Origin: a virus
Lineage: Duplodnaviria; Caudoviricetes
Length of the DNA: 38,116 nt
Virus record (IMG/VR): IMGVR_UViG_3300046823_000037
Coordinates: 1 to 38,116 of that record
Reading direction: 5' to 3' (one strand)
Below, one piece after another: positions 18,893 to 27,457 of the stretch (positions are counted from its first letter, which is position 1; each line of letters begins with the position of its first letter). The notes under the pieces were generated by a model. That model was not told the origin of the DNA. It ran no database searches and saw only the letters and a program-made list of their open reading frames with translations. The translations under genes and the position numbers were made by a program.

Positions 18893-20110
18893 TCATGGTT
18901 TAATACCTTTATTATTTAATGCCGCCGTCATAGCATCTATACCCTTTTGAGTCATTTGAAAGTAAATTTTATTTCCTTTATGAACCATCATAAGTAAATT
19001 AGCTTGAATAAAAGTATCAATAATACTGTCTAATTCCTCAGCTTGAACCTCATTCCAATATTGAAATAGGATCTCCTGTTTACTTAACGTATTCTCTTTT
19101 GCCTGCCAAAATAAGTTAAATATAAAAGCAGAGCTGCCGGCTTTTTCTGATCTTCCACTTCCCATAGCATATATTTCATAATTCGGTCTTAATGCTGTAA
19201 CCTCAAGTATAGACCGTTCTATGTCCTTTAATTCTATTGTCATCCTTGAATCTGAGACAGCTAATATCATAGCTATCTTTAATATTAGAGTATGAATCCC
19301 TTCTACTACCCCAGTTTTACTACCATACTTTTCATAGTTTTTATATAGGTCTTCATACCATGTTGTAAAAAATCTAGCCGAACAATCATCTAAAGTTACC
19401 CTACCGGCCATTTTACTAATTTGTAAAAGTACTTTGACTAATTCATTCCAATGCTCTGTATCTTTAAGTTCATCTACAATCTTATCTGGATTAAATAATG
19501 AATTAGGTGGTCTAAATTCGTCTGGTTTGATAAGGAGAGTTCTTCGTAATAACCCACCGTAGTTAGCTCTTGAAGTGTATACTTCTCTAAGTAATGTTTC
19601 ATTGCTTCCTGCGAGCATACTGACACATAGGTTTTTAATAATAATCGTTCCTGATCTGAGGTCATAAGGAAATGTCTCCGAGAAATCATACATTCTTGTT
19701 AACATCGGAATAAGTCTAGGATCGTCCACAAAGAATGATGATAATTCTTCTGCAAGAATTAAGCACGCGCCGCCCCGCAAGGTGATACCTTTTCCTTTTA
19801 TAGGTAAGTCTTGAGATAATTTATCAAGTATACCTTGAACCGAGGCTGTCCCTGTAAAAGTCTTAGTTGTATTAGTCTCCGTTAAAAGTGCGTTTGACAC
19901 TTTCATTGGCTCGCCTTTACGGTATTTAGCTGAATCTGCTAAGAGTACGGTATATGTATTAGGATATATCTTACTTCTTTTATATTGTAGAAATACATTA
20001 AATCTTAAAGAAGAAGCAATAGTACTATAAGCAGCCCATTTCCAAAAACTTGTAGGACTCTCGTATTCACGAGTATAGTCAATGAATAGGCTAACATAAT
20101 CTGACGGCAT
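18893..20110 (-). CDS. DUF3987-like P-loop helicase-like replication protein
   Basis: ESPTSFWKW N-terminus, YPNTYTVLL followed by a degenerate P-loop (ADSAKYRKG), ILAEE Walker B, GLLRR arginine finger, winged-helix-like C-terminus. Next to the DNA polymerase. Confidence 0.7.
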   Translation of the reverse strand: MPSDYVSLFIDYTREYESPTSFWKWAAYSTIASSLRFNVFLQYKRSKIYPNTYTVLLADSAKYRKGEPMKVSNALLTETNTTKTFTGTASVQGILDKLSQDLPIKGKGITLRGGACLILAEELSSFFVDDPRLIPMLTRMYDFSETFPYDLRSGTIIIKNLCVSMLAGSNETLLREVYTSRANYGGLLRRTLLIKPDEFRPPNSLFNPDKIVDELKDTEHWNELVKVLLQISKMAGRVTLDDCSARFFTTWYEDLYKNYEKYGSKTGVVEGIHTLILKIAMILAVSDSRMTIELKDIERSILEVTALRPNYEIYAMGSGRSEKAGSSAFIFNLFWQAKENTLSKQEILFQYWNEVQAEELDSIIDTFIQANLLMMVHKGNKIYFQMTQKGIDAMTAALNNKGIKP

Positions 20111-20123
20111 TCTTTATTTTCTT

Positions 20124-22673
20124 TCATATTTTAACTTCTACCATATTCATCCAGTTGGCTTCGCCAATGAATAGTTCTGTAGGAATAACTAATTCGAAAT
20201 CCCTACTTAAGCTACAATTTAAAAAGTTTATAGGTCGTTCGTAAATTCTTTTGAATGTTTCTAAGTATTTTTCTTTTAAGTCTTTGTGTACTGTTGCTAG
20301 TATTGAGTCGTGTTGTTCTGAGTTAAATTTGTATTCCGTCATGTATCCTGGAAGTTGGTCTGCTATTCTCCACATAGTAAATTTAGTTAGATCACTTATT
20401 GTACTTTGAGGTATATATGCTATTGCTTCTTTAAGCAAGGATTCATCATATTTAGCATAAAATGTCCTGCTGCGGCCCCAAGGAGTTCTTAAGACACGAG
20501 TCCTTCTTATAATATCTTCTATTTCTTTATGGAACACGTCCTTAAGTTGCGGTTCCCTAGCATGAAATTTTTCTAGTGCATCTATACAGAATCCTAAAGG
20601 TAAATGTGTCATTTGAGCCATTCTAAATGCGCCCATAAGATAGTTACCCGCGTGTCTCACTTTTTTTCCAAGGTCATAATAAGTTATTCCTACTTTAGGG
20701 ATCGCGGGACCTTTAGACGTAATTAAATTTGCATCCATGTTAAAGATCGCCGCAGCAGTTTTTGCGTGAATCTTTGGTTTAAGATCCATATTAGCCAAGT
20801 TTTCATAGTCTTCAGCAAGAACAAAAACAACCCTCGCTTCTGCTCCTGCTCCGTCACCTTCAATAAAAATAAAGTTATGCGGTGGGATAAAGATTTCTCG
20901 CATATCCGAAGCAATTTCCGCGTCATCGAAATCATTAAATATTTCCTCATCTATAGCAAAGCCATGTTTACTTATTGTTTGGAGACTTCTACCCAACCTT
21001 TTGGTAGCCTTTGTAGAGTTAGGATCATCGGAAGTTCTAAATCTTTCATCAATAGTTTTAGAGCAAGAACTTCGTCCTGTTTCTGTACCAGACAGATTAT
21101 AAGATCCTCTAAAAGTATTATCTGGATGTAATGGTGTATTGAGATACTCAACCACTTTTGCAAGTTTTCTACATACGATAATTCTGGATAATATATTATA
21201 TCCAATTTTACCAGTTTTTTGGTCATCTCCGTGGTGTATAAGTAAGTCATCAAGCGTATCTTTATCGGTCTTAAAGGATTTAACTCCAAATTCGTTAGTT
21301 TTATATCTAAGGGGAAATCCAAGTTGGTCATAGATTAAACTTCCTACTTGTTTAGGGGATCTTGCATTAAACTCTTTATTGCCTACAAGTGACCTTAAGA
21401 TAAATTCATTATTATCATAAAGTCTATGATACTTTTCGAGCTTCTTATGTTTAACTTCATTATCTACTAAAAGTCCTGTATTGTCTAGGTTCTTGTATAT
21501 AAGAATTGATGGAGCAATCTCGTTATTATATAACTGTTTTGCATATGGGTCTTCTTCCAACTCTTTATCTTCTTCAACTGAAACGATGTGGGCCGCAAGG
21601 CTATCTTTTGCGTTATATAAGTATAATCTGTCTTTATCGTGCTTTTTTGGGTCAAATTCTTTTCCTTCATCTTTATAGTATGGGATGTTAGTATAGATAC
21701 TAGTATAGAAATCTAGTCCCTTAGGTAACTCTGGATAGATTAATGCACCCTTTAACATGGAGTCAGATGTTACATTATTTAGATAGAATCCATGCCGTTC
21801 AAGGATAATCCAGTCATACTTAATATTCTGATTATTCTTCTCAAGACTTGAAGAAAGTATCTTAGCTATACGTTTCCAGAATAAGACTCGTTCATACTTA
21901 TCTAAGGTATAGTCTCCCATTGGGACTGATACTGCTTCCCAACCATCAAAGCAAAAACTAATACAGGTTATTAAACCACCGTAAGTCTCTATATCAAACG
22001 TAACCCTTTTAGGTTCTTTCTTCCATTGACGGTCTAAAAATCTATCAAATTCTTCATACCGGCGGCATACCCAAACTATTCCTTCAGAAGATATATCTCT
22101 ATTTTGTCGTTCTTTTGCTATTTTCTGAAAGTCTAATTGTGTATAGGATCTTGCCGTGGCATCGGAGTATAAAAGTTGCGGGCCTACTATTGGTATAACT
22201 TTAATTTGTGATCCAAGACTAAGTATCCAATCAGCCCTAAGAGGTAAAACACTCCCGCGATAACAATAGACCCAATACTTCCTACTTCTGGGTTTAGATA
22301 TAGTACTGATATATGGATAGACAACGCCAAGAGCAATATCGTCGAGAGGAATAATAACAGTCGGATTAATGTCACGTAATTCTTGAAGTAAAACTTCTTC
22401 ATAATATTTTAAGTCTACATTATTTAGTGCTTCTTTTAAGAGTTTAATGTTAGTACCTGAGTAAGCAAGTTTCTCCTTAATGAAGGTACTACGGTAACAG
22501 TTCTTAATGTTTATACCGTGTGGCCTTAAGTAGGAATTTAAAGTGCCTTCGATTGATCCTACAAGTGCAATCCCATTTAAAATATCATCTTTTAAAGGAT
22601 GGCCGCCTAGGAAAAATATATCTGCATCGGAATAGCCGTGGGAAGCAACTAGAACTTTTTCTGTCTCGATCAT
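20124..22673 (-). CDS. polA: Family A DNA polymerase with 3'-5' exonuclease and an N-terminal uracil-DNA glycosylase-like domain
   Basis: ExoI FDIET, ExoII QNIKYD, ExoIII YNAKD, TETGRSS, motif A DGAGAEAR, motif B KKVRHAGNY, TPWGRSR, motif C QHDS. Confidence 0.92.
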   Translation of the reverse strand: MIETEKVLVASHGYSDADIFFLGGHPLKDDILNGIALVGSIEGTLNSYLRPHGINIKNCYRSTFIKEKLAYSGTNIKLLKEALNNVDLKYYEEVLLQELRDINPTVIIPLDDIALGVVYPYISTISKPRSRKYWVYCYRGSVLPLRADWILSLGSQIKVIPIVGPQLLYSDATARSYTQLDFQKIAKERQNRDISSEGIVWVCRRYEEFDRFLDRQWKKEPKRVTFDIETYGGLITCISFCFDGWEAVSVPMGDYTLDKYERVLFWKRIAKILSSSLEKNNQNIKYDWIILERHGFYLNNVTSDSMLKGALIYPELPKGLDFYTSIYTNIPYYKDEGKEFDPKKHDKDRLYLYNAKDSLAAHIVSVEEDKELEEDPYAKQLYNNEIAPSILIYKNLDNTGLLVDNEVKHKKLEKYHRLYDNNEFILRSLVGNKEFNARSPKQVGSLIYDQLGFPLRYKTNEFGVKSFKTDKDTLDDLLIHHGDDQKTGKIGYNILSRIIVCRKLAKVVEYLNTPLHPDNTFRGSYNLSGTETGRSSCSKTIDERFRTSDDPNSTKATKRLGRSLQTISKHGFAIDEEIFNDFDDAEIASDMREIFIPPHNFIFIEGDGAGAEARVVFVLAEDYENLANMDLKPKIHAKTAAAIFNMDANLITSKGPAIPKVGITYYDLGKKVRHAGNYLMGAFRMAQMTHLPLGFCIDALEKFHAREPQLKDVFHKEIEDIIRRTRVLRTPWGRSRTFYAKYDESLLKEAIAYIPQSTISDLTKFTMWRIADQLPGYMTEYKFNSEQHDSILATVHKDLKEKYLETFKRIYERPINFLNCSLSRDFELVIPTELFIGEANWMNMVEVKI

Positions 22674-22879
22674 AGTTCTTCTCTAACTACCTTACTTATT
22701 ACTTTAAACTCATTCTGATAGTTTACTAATCTAAGTTTAGGTATAGTTTCTGTATCTTCTACACGCACTACATACTTACGTTTAGTTTGAACATTTTCTA
22801 CTATATCACCATCTTGGAGATTAGAGTATTCTTTTTTATTCATCTTATTCACATTTACAACATTTAGAACAATGTTCAT
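22670..22879 (-). CDS. Hypothetical protein (true start probably a downstream Met)
   Basis: In operon order, LQDGDIVEN small beta-barrel-like motif, ATGA overlap with polA. Confidence 0.6.
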   Translation of the reverse strand: MNIVLNVVNVNKMNKKEYSNLQDGDIVENVQTKRKYVVRVEDTETIPKLRLVNYQNEFKVISKVVREEL

Positions 22880-23036
22880 GATTTAAGCATAGTTGTGTAT
22901 AGTAATCACAGCTTTCACATAGACCCCAAATTCCTGTATTAAACCTATCCTTTTCTGGATCATTATCTTGTTTATCTAACATTCCCTCATGTGTTTCACT
23001 CATTATGAAACTTCCTCCACTGATATCCACATTCAC
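22845..23036 (-). CDS. Small Cys-rich protein
   Basis: CxxC...C...HCxxCCxC. Likely start at MSETH after a GGAGG SD. Confidence 0.6.
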   Translation of the reverse strand: MNVDISGGSFIMSETHEGMLDKQDNDPEKDRFNTGIWGLCESCDYYTQLCLNHEHCSKCCKCE

Positions 23037-23235
23037 ATCTACAGTATTCTAGTGCATTCTTTTCAAGTTTAGTGTGCCCCCTATCCAATGAACATACATG
23101 AATTAGAGAACCATTATGGCCCACTTTATTTTCTGCACTTAACACAGTAACATTTACTTGTGGCCGCGAGAGTCCACATTTTTCTACTTTTTTATCCAAC
23201 ATAAAGTGTATTAGGTTTAGTTGTCCTATCCTCAT
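22996..23235 (-). CDS. Small Cys/His protein
   Basis: C...HVCSLDRGH...CRCECG. Likely start at MLDKK. Confidence 0.55.
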   Translation of the reverse strand: MRIGQLNLIHFMLDKKVEKCGLSRPQVNVTVLSAENKVGHNGSLIHVCSLDRGHTKLEKNALEYCRCECGYQWRKFHNE

Positions 23236-23788
23236 GTTTAAGAAACATATTATAGTGTTGGCAACTTGAATCTTCTTGGTGCATTATCTGTTGAATAGCC
23301 CAAGCTATTTTCGCGAGGTTATCTTCACTAGTATCACCATGACGATAACGTAAATAATGATTATCAAGGTGGCGGAGAAGATTGTCAAGTGGTAATCCAA
23401 AACGTGCTGTAGAAATTTGTGCATAATGAGTTACACTTTTATCTGGGTAAGAATTAAGACCCTCAGTATAAATAAGTCCTACCCTTCTCATAAGTTCAGG
23501 ACAAATTAAATGAGAACATTCTGAGATTACTTTACGCTTCGCGCCTCCTGAGAATGTAGTTTCTTGTTCTTTATACCCTCCAATAGCACCAGTTTTAAAG
23601 TTATCATTGAAATGATATTGTGGAGTTAGTTCTACCTTAGCATCTTGAGGCCCAGTATCCTTAGCTTCTCTATCAATAGAAGCTGTTAAAGCATTATGTA
23701 GTCTATTATTTTCTTCTATCAAATCACTATTAAATTTATTAAGTCTCTCCATCTCATTGATATGAACAGTATTTACTTTCTTCTTCAT
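23192..23788 (-). CDS. dATP/dGTP diphosphohydrolase-like (DUF5664-like) protein with an N-terminal coiled coil
   Basis: TFSGGAKR, HLICP..MRRVG..Y.EG...Y, DNLLRHL, GDTSEDNLAKIAW. AAGGAG SD. Divergent from the family consensus. Confidence 0.6.
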   Translation of the reverse strand: MKKKVNTVHINEMERLNKFNSDLIEENNRLHNALTASIDREAKDTGPQDAKVELTPQYHFNDNFKTGAIGGYKEQETTFSGGAKRKVISECSHLICPELMRRVGLIYTEGLNSYPDKSVTHYAQISTARFGLPLDNLLRHLDNHYLRYRHGDTSEDNLAKIAWAIQQIMHQEDSSCQHYNMFLKHEDRTTKPNTLYVG

Positions 23789-23796
23789 CTCTTCTC

Positions 23797-23815
23797 CTTA
23801 AGTTTAAATAGTGGG
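23797..23815. repeat. 19-bp exact direct repeat, copy 2
   Basis: Same 19-mer as 18644-18662. Overlaps the SD of the DUF5664-like gene. Confidence 0.8.
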
Positions 23816-23908
23816 CTTAAAGTTGTCGCTTACTCTAATTTAATCCCGCGCGAAGGAATTACTCTTTCAAGCATGTAACCTAAGTCTTACGGGAACCCGT
23901 TAGTTTAT

Positions 23909-24310
23909 TTAGAAAGGAACCGTTGCGTTATATGGCGCAAAGTCCTGAATTTCAGAAACCGGGCGGCCATCATACAACCTAGATCCAATCTTAATGTGAA
24001 GTTTACCGCCTTTAACTTGGTCAAATTCAAATTCAACACCTGTTGCTTTCTTTTCTTCAATAAACTGTTGAATTGTTTTTCCAGCCAAGGCAGCAAGAAA
24101 TGGTTTCATAAAACCGATACCTTTTGAACTAAAGATTTTATCAATAGTTCGTTTGTCAGGGTCATCTTCAATAAGAAAGGTTGCGATGTAGTTAATACCA
24201 TCCTGAGCCTTATTAGGGCTTGCAATGGCTTCTGTAACAGTCGCTTTTACCCAACCTTCTTTATGAGGCTCACCTTTCAACATATCGGCAGGAGTCAATG
24301 TAATTTTCAT
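23909..24310 (-). CDS. Putative single-stranded DNA-binding protein (DUF669-like)
   Basis: 133 aa, EGWVKATVTEA...YDGRPVSEIQDF, C-terminal PF. Same module as the Sak4-like and nuclease genes. Confidence 0.65.
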   Translation of the reverse strand: MKITLTPADMLKGEPHKEGWVKATVTEAIASPNKAQDGINYIATFLIEDDPDKRTIDKIFSSKGIGFMKPFLAALAGKTIQQFIEEKKATGVEFEFDQVKGGKLHIKIGSRLYDGRPVSEIQDFAPYNATVPF

Positions 24311-24365
24311 TTTATCTTCTTTCTTTGTTTGTTGTTTTTGGATTTCCGTCTTTTTATCGACGGAT

Positions 24366-24450
24366 TGCTTCGCAAGGGAGTCGAACCCTTATGAGATTAA
24401 ATCTCGACGGATTTTAAGTCCGTAGCGTATACCAGTTCCGCCAGCGAAGC
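24366..24450 (-). tRNA. tRNA-Leu(UAA)
   Basis: GCTTCGC/GCGAAGC acceptor stem with A73, D loop GGAACTGGTATAC, anticodon arm ACGGA-CTTAAAA-TCCGT, long variable arm GAGAT-TTA-ATCTC, T arm AAGGG-TTCGACT-CCCTT. CCA not encoded. Confidence 0.96.
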
Positions 24451-24458
24451 TAGGCATA

Positions 24459-24755
24459 TTAAACTTTTTCTACTTCAGAATCAGTAGAGTCTTCATACCA
24501 AATTGTTACTCTATGCCCATGTTTAATTACTATCTTACCTTCTTCTGTTTCTAAGAATGGGACTATACAATCCGCATGTAACATACAATCCCATTCATGA
24601 CAATAATGTGTCGCATCTGGTTTTCCACAAAGAAAACAATCTCCTGGATGGACGTCTTTATATTTATCTATTCCTCCACATGGCATATTAAAACTTCTTA
24701 CCTCCGTGCATATATTCTCTAGTAGTATTATACTCATGCTTGGAAATAATAGCAT
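24459..24755 (-). CDS. Small Zn-finger-like protein (true start probably MPCGG at 24686)
   Basis: CFLC...HYCHEWDCMLHADC. Confidence 0.65.
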   Translation of the reverse strand: MLLFPSMSIILLENICTEVRSFNMPCGGIDKYKDVHPGDCFLCGKPDATHYCHEWDCMLHADCIVPFLETEEGKIVIKHGHRVTIWYEDSTDSEVEKV

Positions 24756-25089
24756 CTACTAAACGTAAATTAAAAGCCTCTGCATGATCTAAAATTCGGA
24801 TGATACAATCTGCTAATTCTACTTCTTCAGAAGTATATTCTGGAATATGTTCATCCATTTTATCTTTTCTAATACCTTCTAACGCTTCACTTAACTCAGA
24901 GTGCATTAAAGCTATTCGTTCGCCTTTATTTACTTTTGTTAAGTCTAATGGGATGTATGGATCACCATAAAATCCTTTACTACGTGCATTGATAAATATT
25001 TCACCTTGTAAAATATGAAATGCTGATCCGATTAGTGCTTTTTCTGATTCTTTCATTTTTTCTTCTTTCTGTGATAGAGTATAGCGCAA
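24688..25089 (-). CDS. MazG-like nucleotide pyrophosphohydrolase
   Basis: IALMHSELSEALE, EEVELADCIIRILD and K..YN..R...HGGKKF motifs. Confidence 0.85.
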   Translation of the reverse strand: MRYTLSQKEEKMKESEKALIGSAFHILQGEIFINARSKGFYGDPYIPLDLTKVNKGERIALMHSELSEALEGIRKDKMDEHIPEYTSEEVELADCIIRILDHAEAFNLRLVDAIISKHEYNTTREYMHGGKKF

Positions 25090-25250
25090 GTTTTACAGTT
25101 AACTACAATTCTAGTAGAATAAGGGTCTTTAAATACATAAGCATCTTCTCTACTATGTCCACGTTTACAAGGAATTGATTTAAGTTCTTCGACTGTTTTA
25201 GGAATTACATTTTTATTTGCTCTCTGAGGCATTCTTATTGGTAAATTCAT
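25053..25250 (-). CDS. Small basic Zn-binding protein
   Basis: CKRGH...CKTC motif. Confidence 0.6.
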   Translation of the reverse strand: MNLPIRMPQRANKNVIPKTVEELKSIPCKRGHSREDAYVFKDPYSTRIVVNCKTCAILYHRKKKK

Positions 25251-25252
25251 AA

Positions 25253-26074
25253 TTAAAATGGCATCCCAGCGTTAACCGAAGGTGGTTTAAAACTGCCTTC
25301 CCTAATTTGTTTAATTAAATCCTGTAAGTAAGGATAAAACATTTTACCCGTAATATCATGCTCACCGGGTGGTATACCGAAACTATTTTTAGCTAAGTCA
25401 GTAGCAAAGTTAACGAAATAGTGCATCTGACCTGAAACTACTTTTCTTGAGAACCTAAAAACATTAGAGAACATACTAGGCAAAACGGCTCCGGGCTGAT
25501 CACGTAAAGCTATCTTTTCTCCGATCTTTTCATTTGCCGCATATTGATCCTTTTCAGGATTTCCTGTGTCTGGTTTTCCCCACTTGTCTATGATATGAGC
25601 AGAAACTATAACATTACATGGGAATATCTCTAATTGATCCATTAATTGAGCCATTCCTGAAACTTCAAAGTTAAAATCTCCAGGGCCGCTCATCCTTAAT
25701 TTACCTATCATTTTCCCTTTTTGTATATTATGTGAGCTTACAATTAAAGCACGATTGAAAGACGTTATAGAAGCTAATTCACATGTTCCGTAGGGAAACT
25801 GACGAGATATTCTTTGCATTTCTAAAATATTTAATTCATCCTGAAATGGTTCATATCCATTCTTAGGATAGAATCGAGTAAAACTAACATCTTTTGGTTC
25901 CAGCGGGCCGCGAGGTTTGACTTTACTTAAAAGTGCTTCGTTTCTTCCATCAAAATCCCATTGATGAAATGGTCCGGGATAACTTGCGGCAGCATCAGAT
26001 TTACCATCACCTGATTCTGATACATGGAGAGCAAATATTCTTGGGTTTGGTGAGACATTTTCTAGTGTAGGCAT
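25253..26074 (-). CDS. Sak4/AAA_24-like recombination ATPase
   Basis: SESGDGKS P-loop, DFDG, NVIVSAH, AKNS. Lies between the nuclease and SSB genes. Confidence 0.7.
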   Translation of the reverse strand: MPTLENVSPNPRIFALHVSESGDGKSDAAASYPGPFHQWDFDGRNEALLSKVKPRGPLEPKDVSFTRFYPKNGYEPFQDELNILEMQRISRQFPYGTCELASITSFNRALIVSSHNIQKGKMIGKLRMSGPGDFNFEVSGMAQLMDQLEIFPCNVIVSAHIIDKWGKPDTGNPEKDQYAANEKIGEKIALRDQPGAVLPSMFSNVFRFSRKVVSGQMHYFVNFATDLAKNSFGIPPGEHDITGKMFYPYLQDLIKQIREGSFKPPSVNAGMPF

Positions 26075-26078
26075 AGTT

Positions 26079-26261
26079 TTATTCTGGTTCTTTCATAGTA
26101 GAATATTGTGGGTACTTTTCTATCATTTTATTTAATGAGTCTTTTAATAGTTCTGCGTTTTCATCATCAGCTTTTAAACAAGCTACAGCAAAGGTAGATA
26201 CAAAACTGCCTGCATTTACATAAGCAGTTCTACACCATTTTCTTTGTTCTTGTGTAAGCAT
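26079..26261 (-). CDS. Hypothetical protein
   Basis: 60 aa, AGGAG SD, GSFVSTFAVACLKADDEN. Confidence 0.7.
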   Translation of the reverse strand: MLTQEQRKWCRTAYVNAGSFVSTFAVACLKADDENAELLKDSLNKMIEKYPQYSTMKEPE

Positions 26262-26269
26262 ATTTACTC

Positions 26270-26497
26270 CTAAGAAGAATATTTAGTGTAAAGCTCAGCA
26301 AGGTAATCTGCTTGCTTTTCTGTCAAAATTAAATTCCCCGCGGCATCATTAAACTTACATGACATAATGAAGTCGTTAGCATATTTATCTAGTTTACGCT
26401 GATCTATCATATTTAAATATATTCTTTGTGTTTCTGGGTCATATCTTTTATTATAGTTTTGTTCAATTATTGATATTGGTGATTTAATTCTAGGCAT
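26270..26497 (-). CDS. Hypothetical protein
   Basis: 75 aa, LTEKQ...L..LY helix motif, tiled in the operon. Confidence 0.65.
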   Translation of the reverse strand: MPRIKSPISIIEQNYNKRYDPETQRIYLNMIDQRKLDKYANDFIMSCKFNDAAGNLILTEKQADYLAELYTKYSS

Positions 26498-26699
26498 CTT
26501 TATTTTCCTTATATGCTATTTCAATTTCAATCTCATCTAACTTTCCTCCCCAACCAGAAAAGCAAAACTCTGCATAAGTTCCAGTTAATTCAAAATATGC
26601 TTTTTGTACTGCTTGTCTTAATGGGGCATCAGCACCATCAGGTAATTCTACTCTCTTTCCACCTATTTTGCATTCCCATACTTTAATATTCTTAGGCAC
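26490..26699 (-). CDS. Hypothetical protein
   Basis: 69 aa, AAGGAG SD, DAPLRQAV..AY...FSGWGG. Confidence 0.7.
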   Translation of the reverse strand: MPKNIKVWECKIGGKRVELPDGADAPLRQAVQKAYFELTGTYAEFCFSGWGGKLDEIEIEIAYKENKDA

Positions 26700-27138
26700 T
26701 TTCTAGCTCCTTAAGTTGTTTAGCTAAGTTAGTGCATTCATTTTCTACATAGTTAAAATCTCTATAGATTCCTTCCCTATTAAACATTTTTAGATGGGGA
26801 GACAAGTCATTATAATGGGCACAATCGAATCCTAACCACCAAATATTATCATCCTCATTTTCAGAAACTACATGACAAATATTATGGTAGCACTTACTTG
26901 CATATGTTAATCCACCATGACAAGTAACATCTATACTATCATAGTCTTTTTCGAACATTGGATGAGATTTACTTATTCCAACATAACCACATAAATTACC
27001 AAGATTATTTCTAACTATAAGACAAGGATATTTAGTTTCAGTGTCTTCCCATTGTTTTTTATCAGGCTCATCATCCCACGGGCCTGAAGACCAATCTGAT
27101 CTATTTACTAAGTCTTTAGTTATAATTGTTTTAAGCAC
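26692..27138 (-). CDS. Conserved phage hypothetical protein
   Basis: CGYV, HGGLTY and WWLGFDCAH motifs. Confidence 0.75.
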   Translation of the reverse strand: MLKTIITKDLVNRSDWSSGPWDDEPDKKQWEDTETKYPCLIVRNNLGNLCGYVGISKSHPMFEKDYDSIDVTCHGGLTYASKCYHNICHVVSENEDDNIWWLGFDCAHYNDLSPHLKMFNREGIYRDFNYVENECTNLAKQLKELESA

Positions 27139-27457
27139 TTTTACTCCCTTCTAAATTATCTGAATCTAAATTATCTAAAACTCCAGCCAAAACATCTTCA
27201 ATAGCCTGAATCTGAAAACGCTTTGGGCTATTACTACACATAAGACACGTCAACCTTCTAACTCCTAATTGATTATGCCCTGCATGTAATTGTTCATTTC
27301 TAGCAATCGTAGGTTGATGACACTTTGTACAAATTACTTCTTTACCAACAATTAGCTCCCTGCGGGTAAAGTGTGTACATTGTGGGTGAATACACTTATA
27401 AATCTCCATATTTTTAACACTACGTTCGTAACTATGAAGATGCTTTAAACTTGCCAT
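27131..27457 (-). CDS. Zn-finger-like hypothetical protein
   Basis: HxH, C....C, CTKC, CLMC. AAGGAG SD. Confidence 0.7.
   Translation of the reverse strand: MASLKHLHSYERSVKNMEIYKCIHPQCTHFTRRELIVGKEVICTKCHQPTIARNEQLHAGHNQLGVRRLTCLMCSNSPKRFQIQAIEDVLAGVLDNLDSDNLEGSKSA

Noticed and set aside
19474-22402. Short ORFs nested in the helicase-like and polA genes, on both strands
   Set aside because: The main frames are intact with all motifs, so no frameshift or intron is needed.
24330-24365. HDV-like (theta) ribozyme after tRNA-Leu
   Set aside because: Only a simple TCCGTC/GACGGA hairpin is present, with no nested double pseudoknot.
23192-25089. 2-aminoadenine (Z) or 7-deazaguanine genome system
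   Set aside because: No PurZ or Que/Dpd pathway genes are recognisable in the window.
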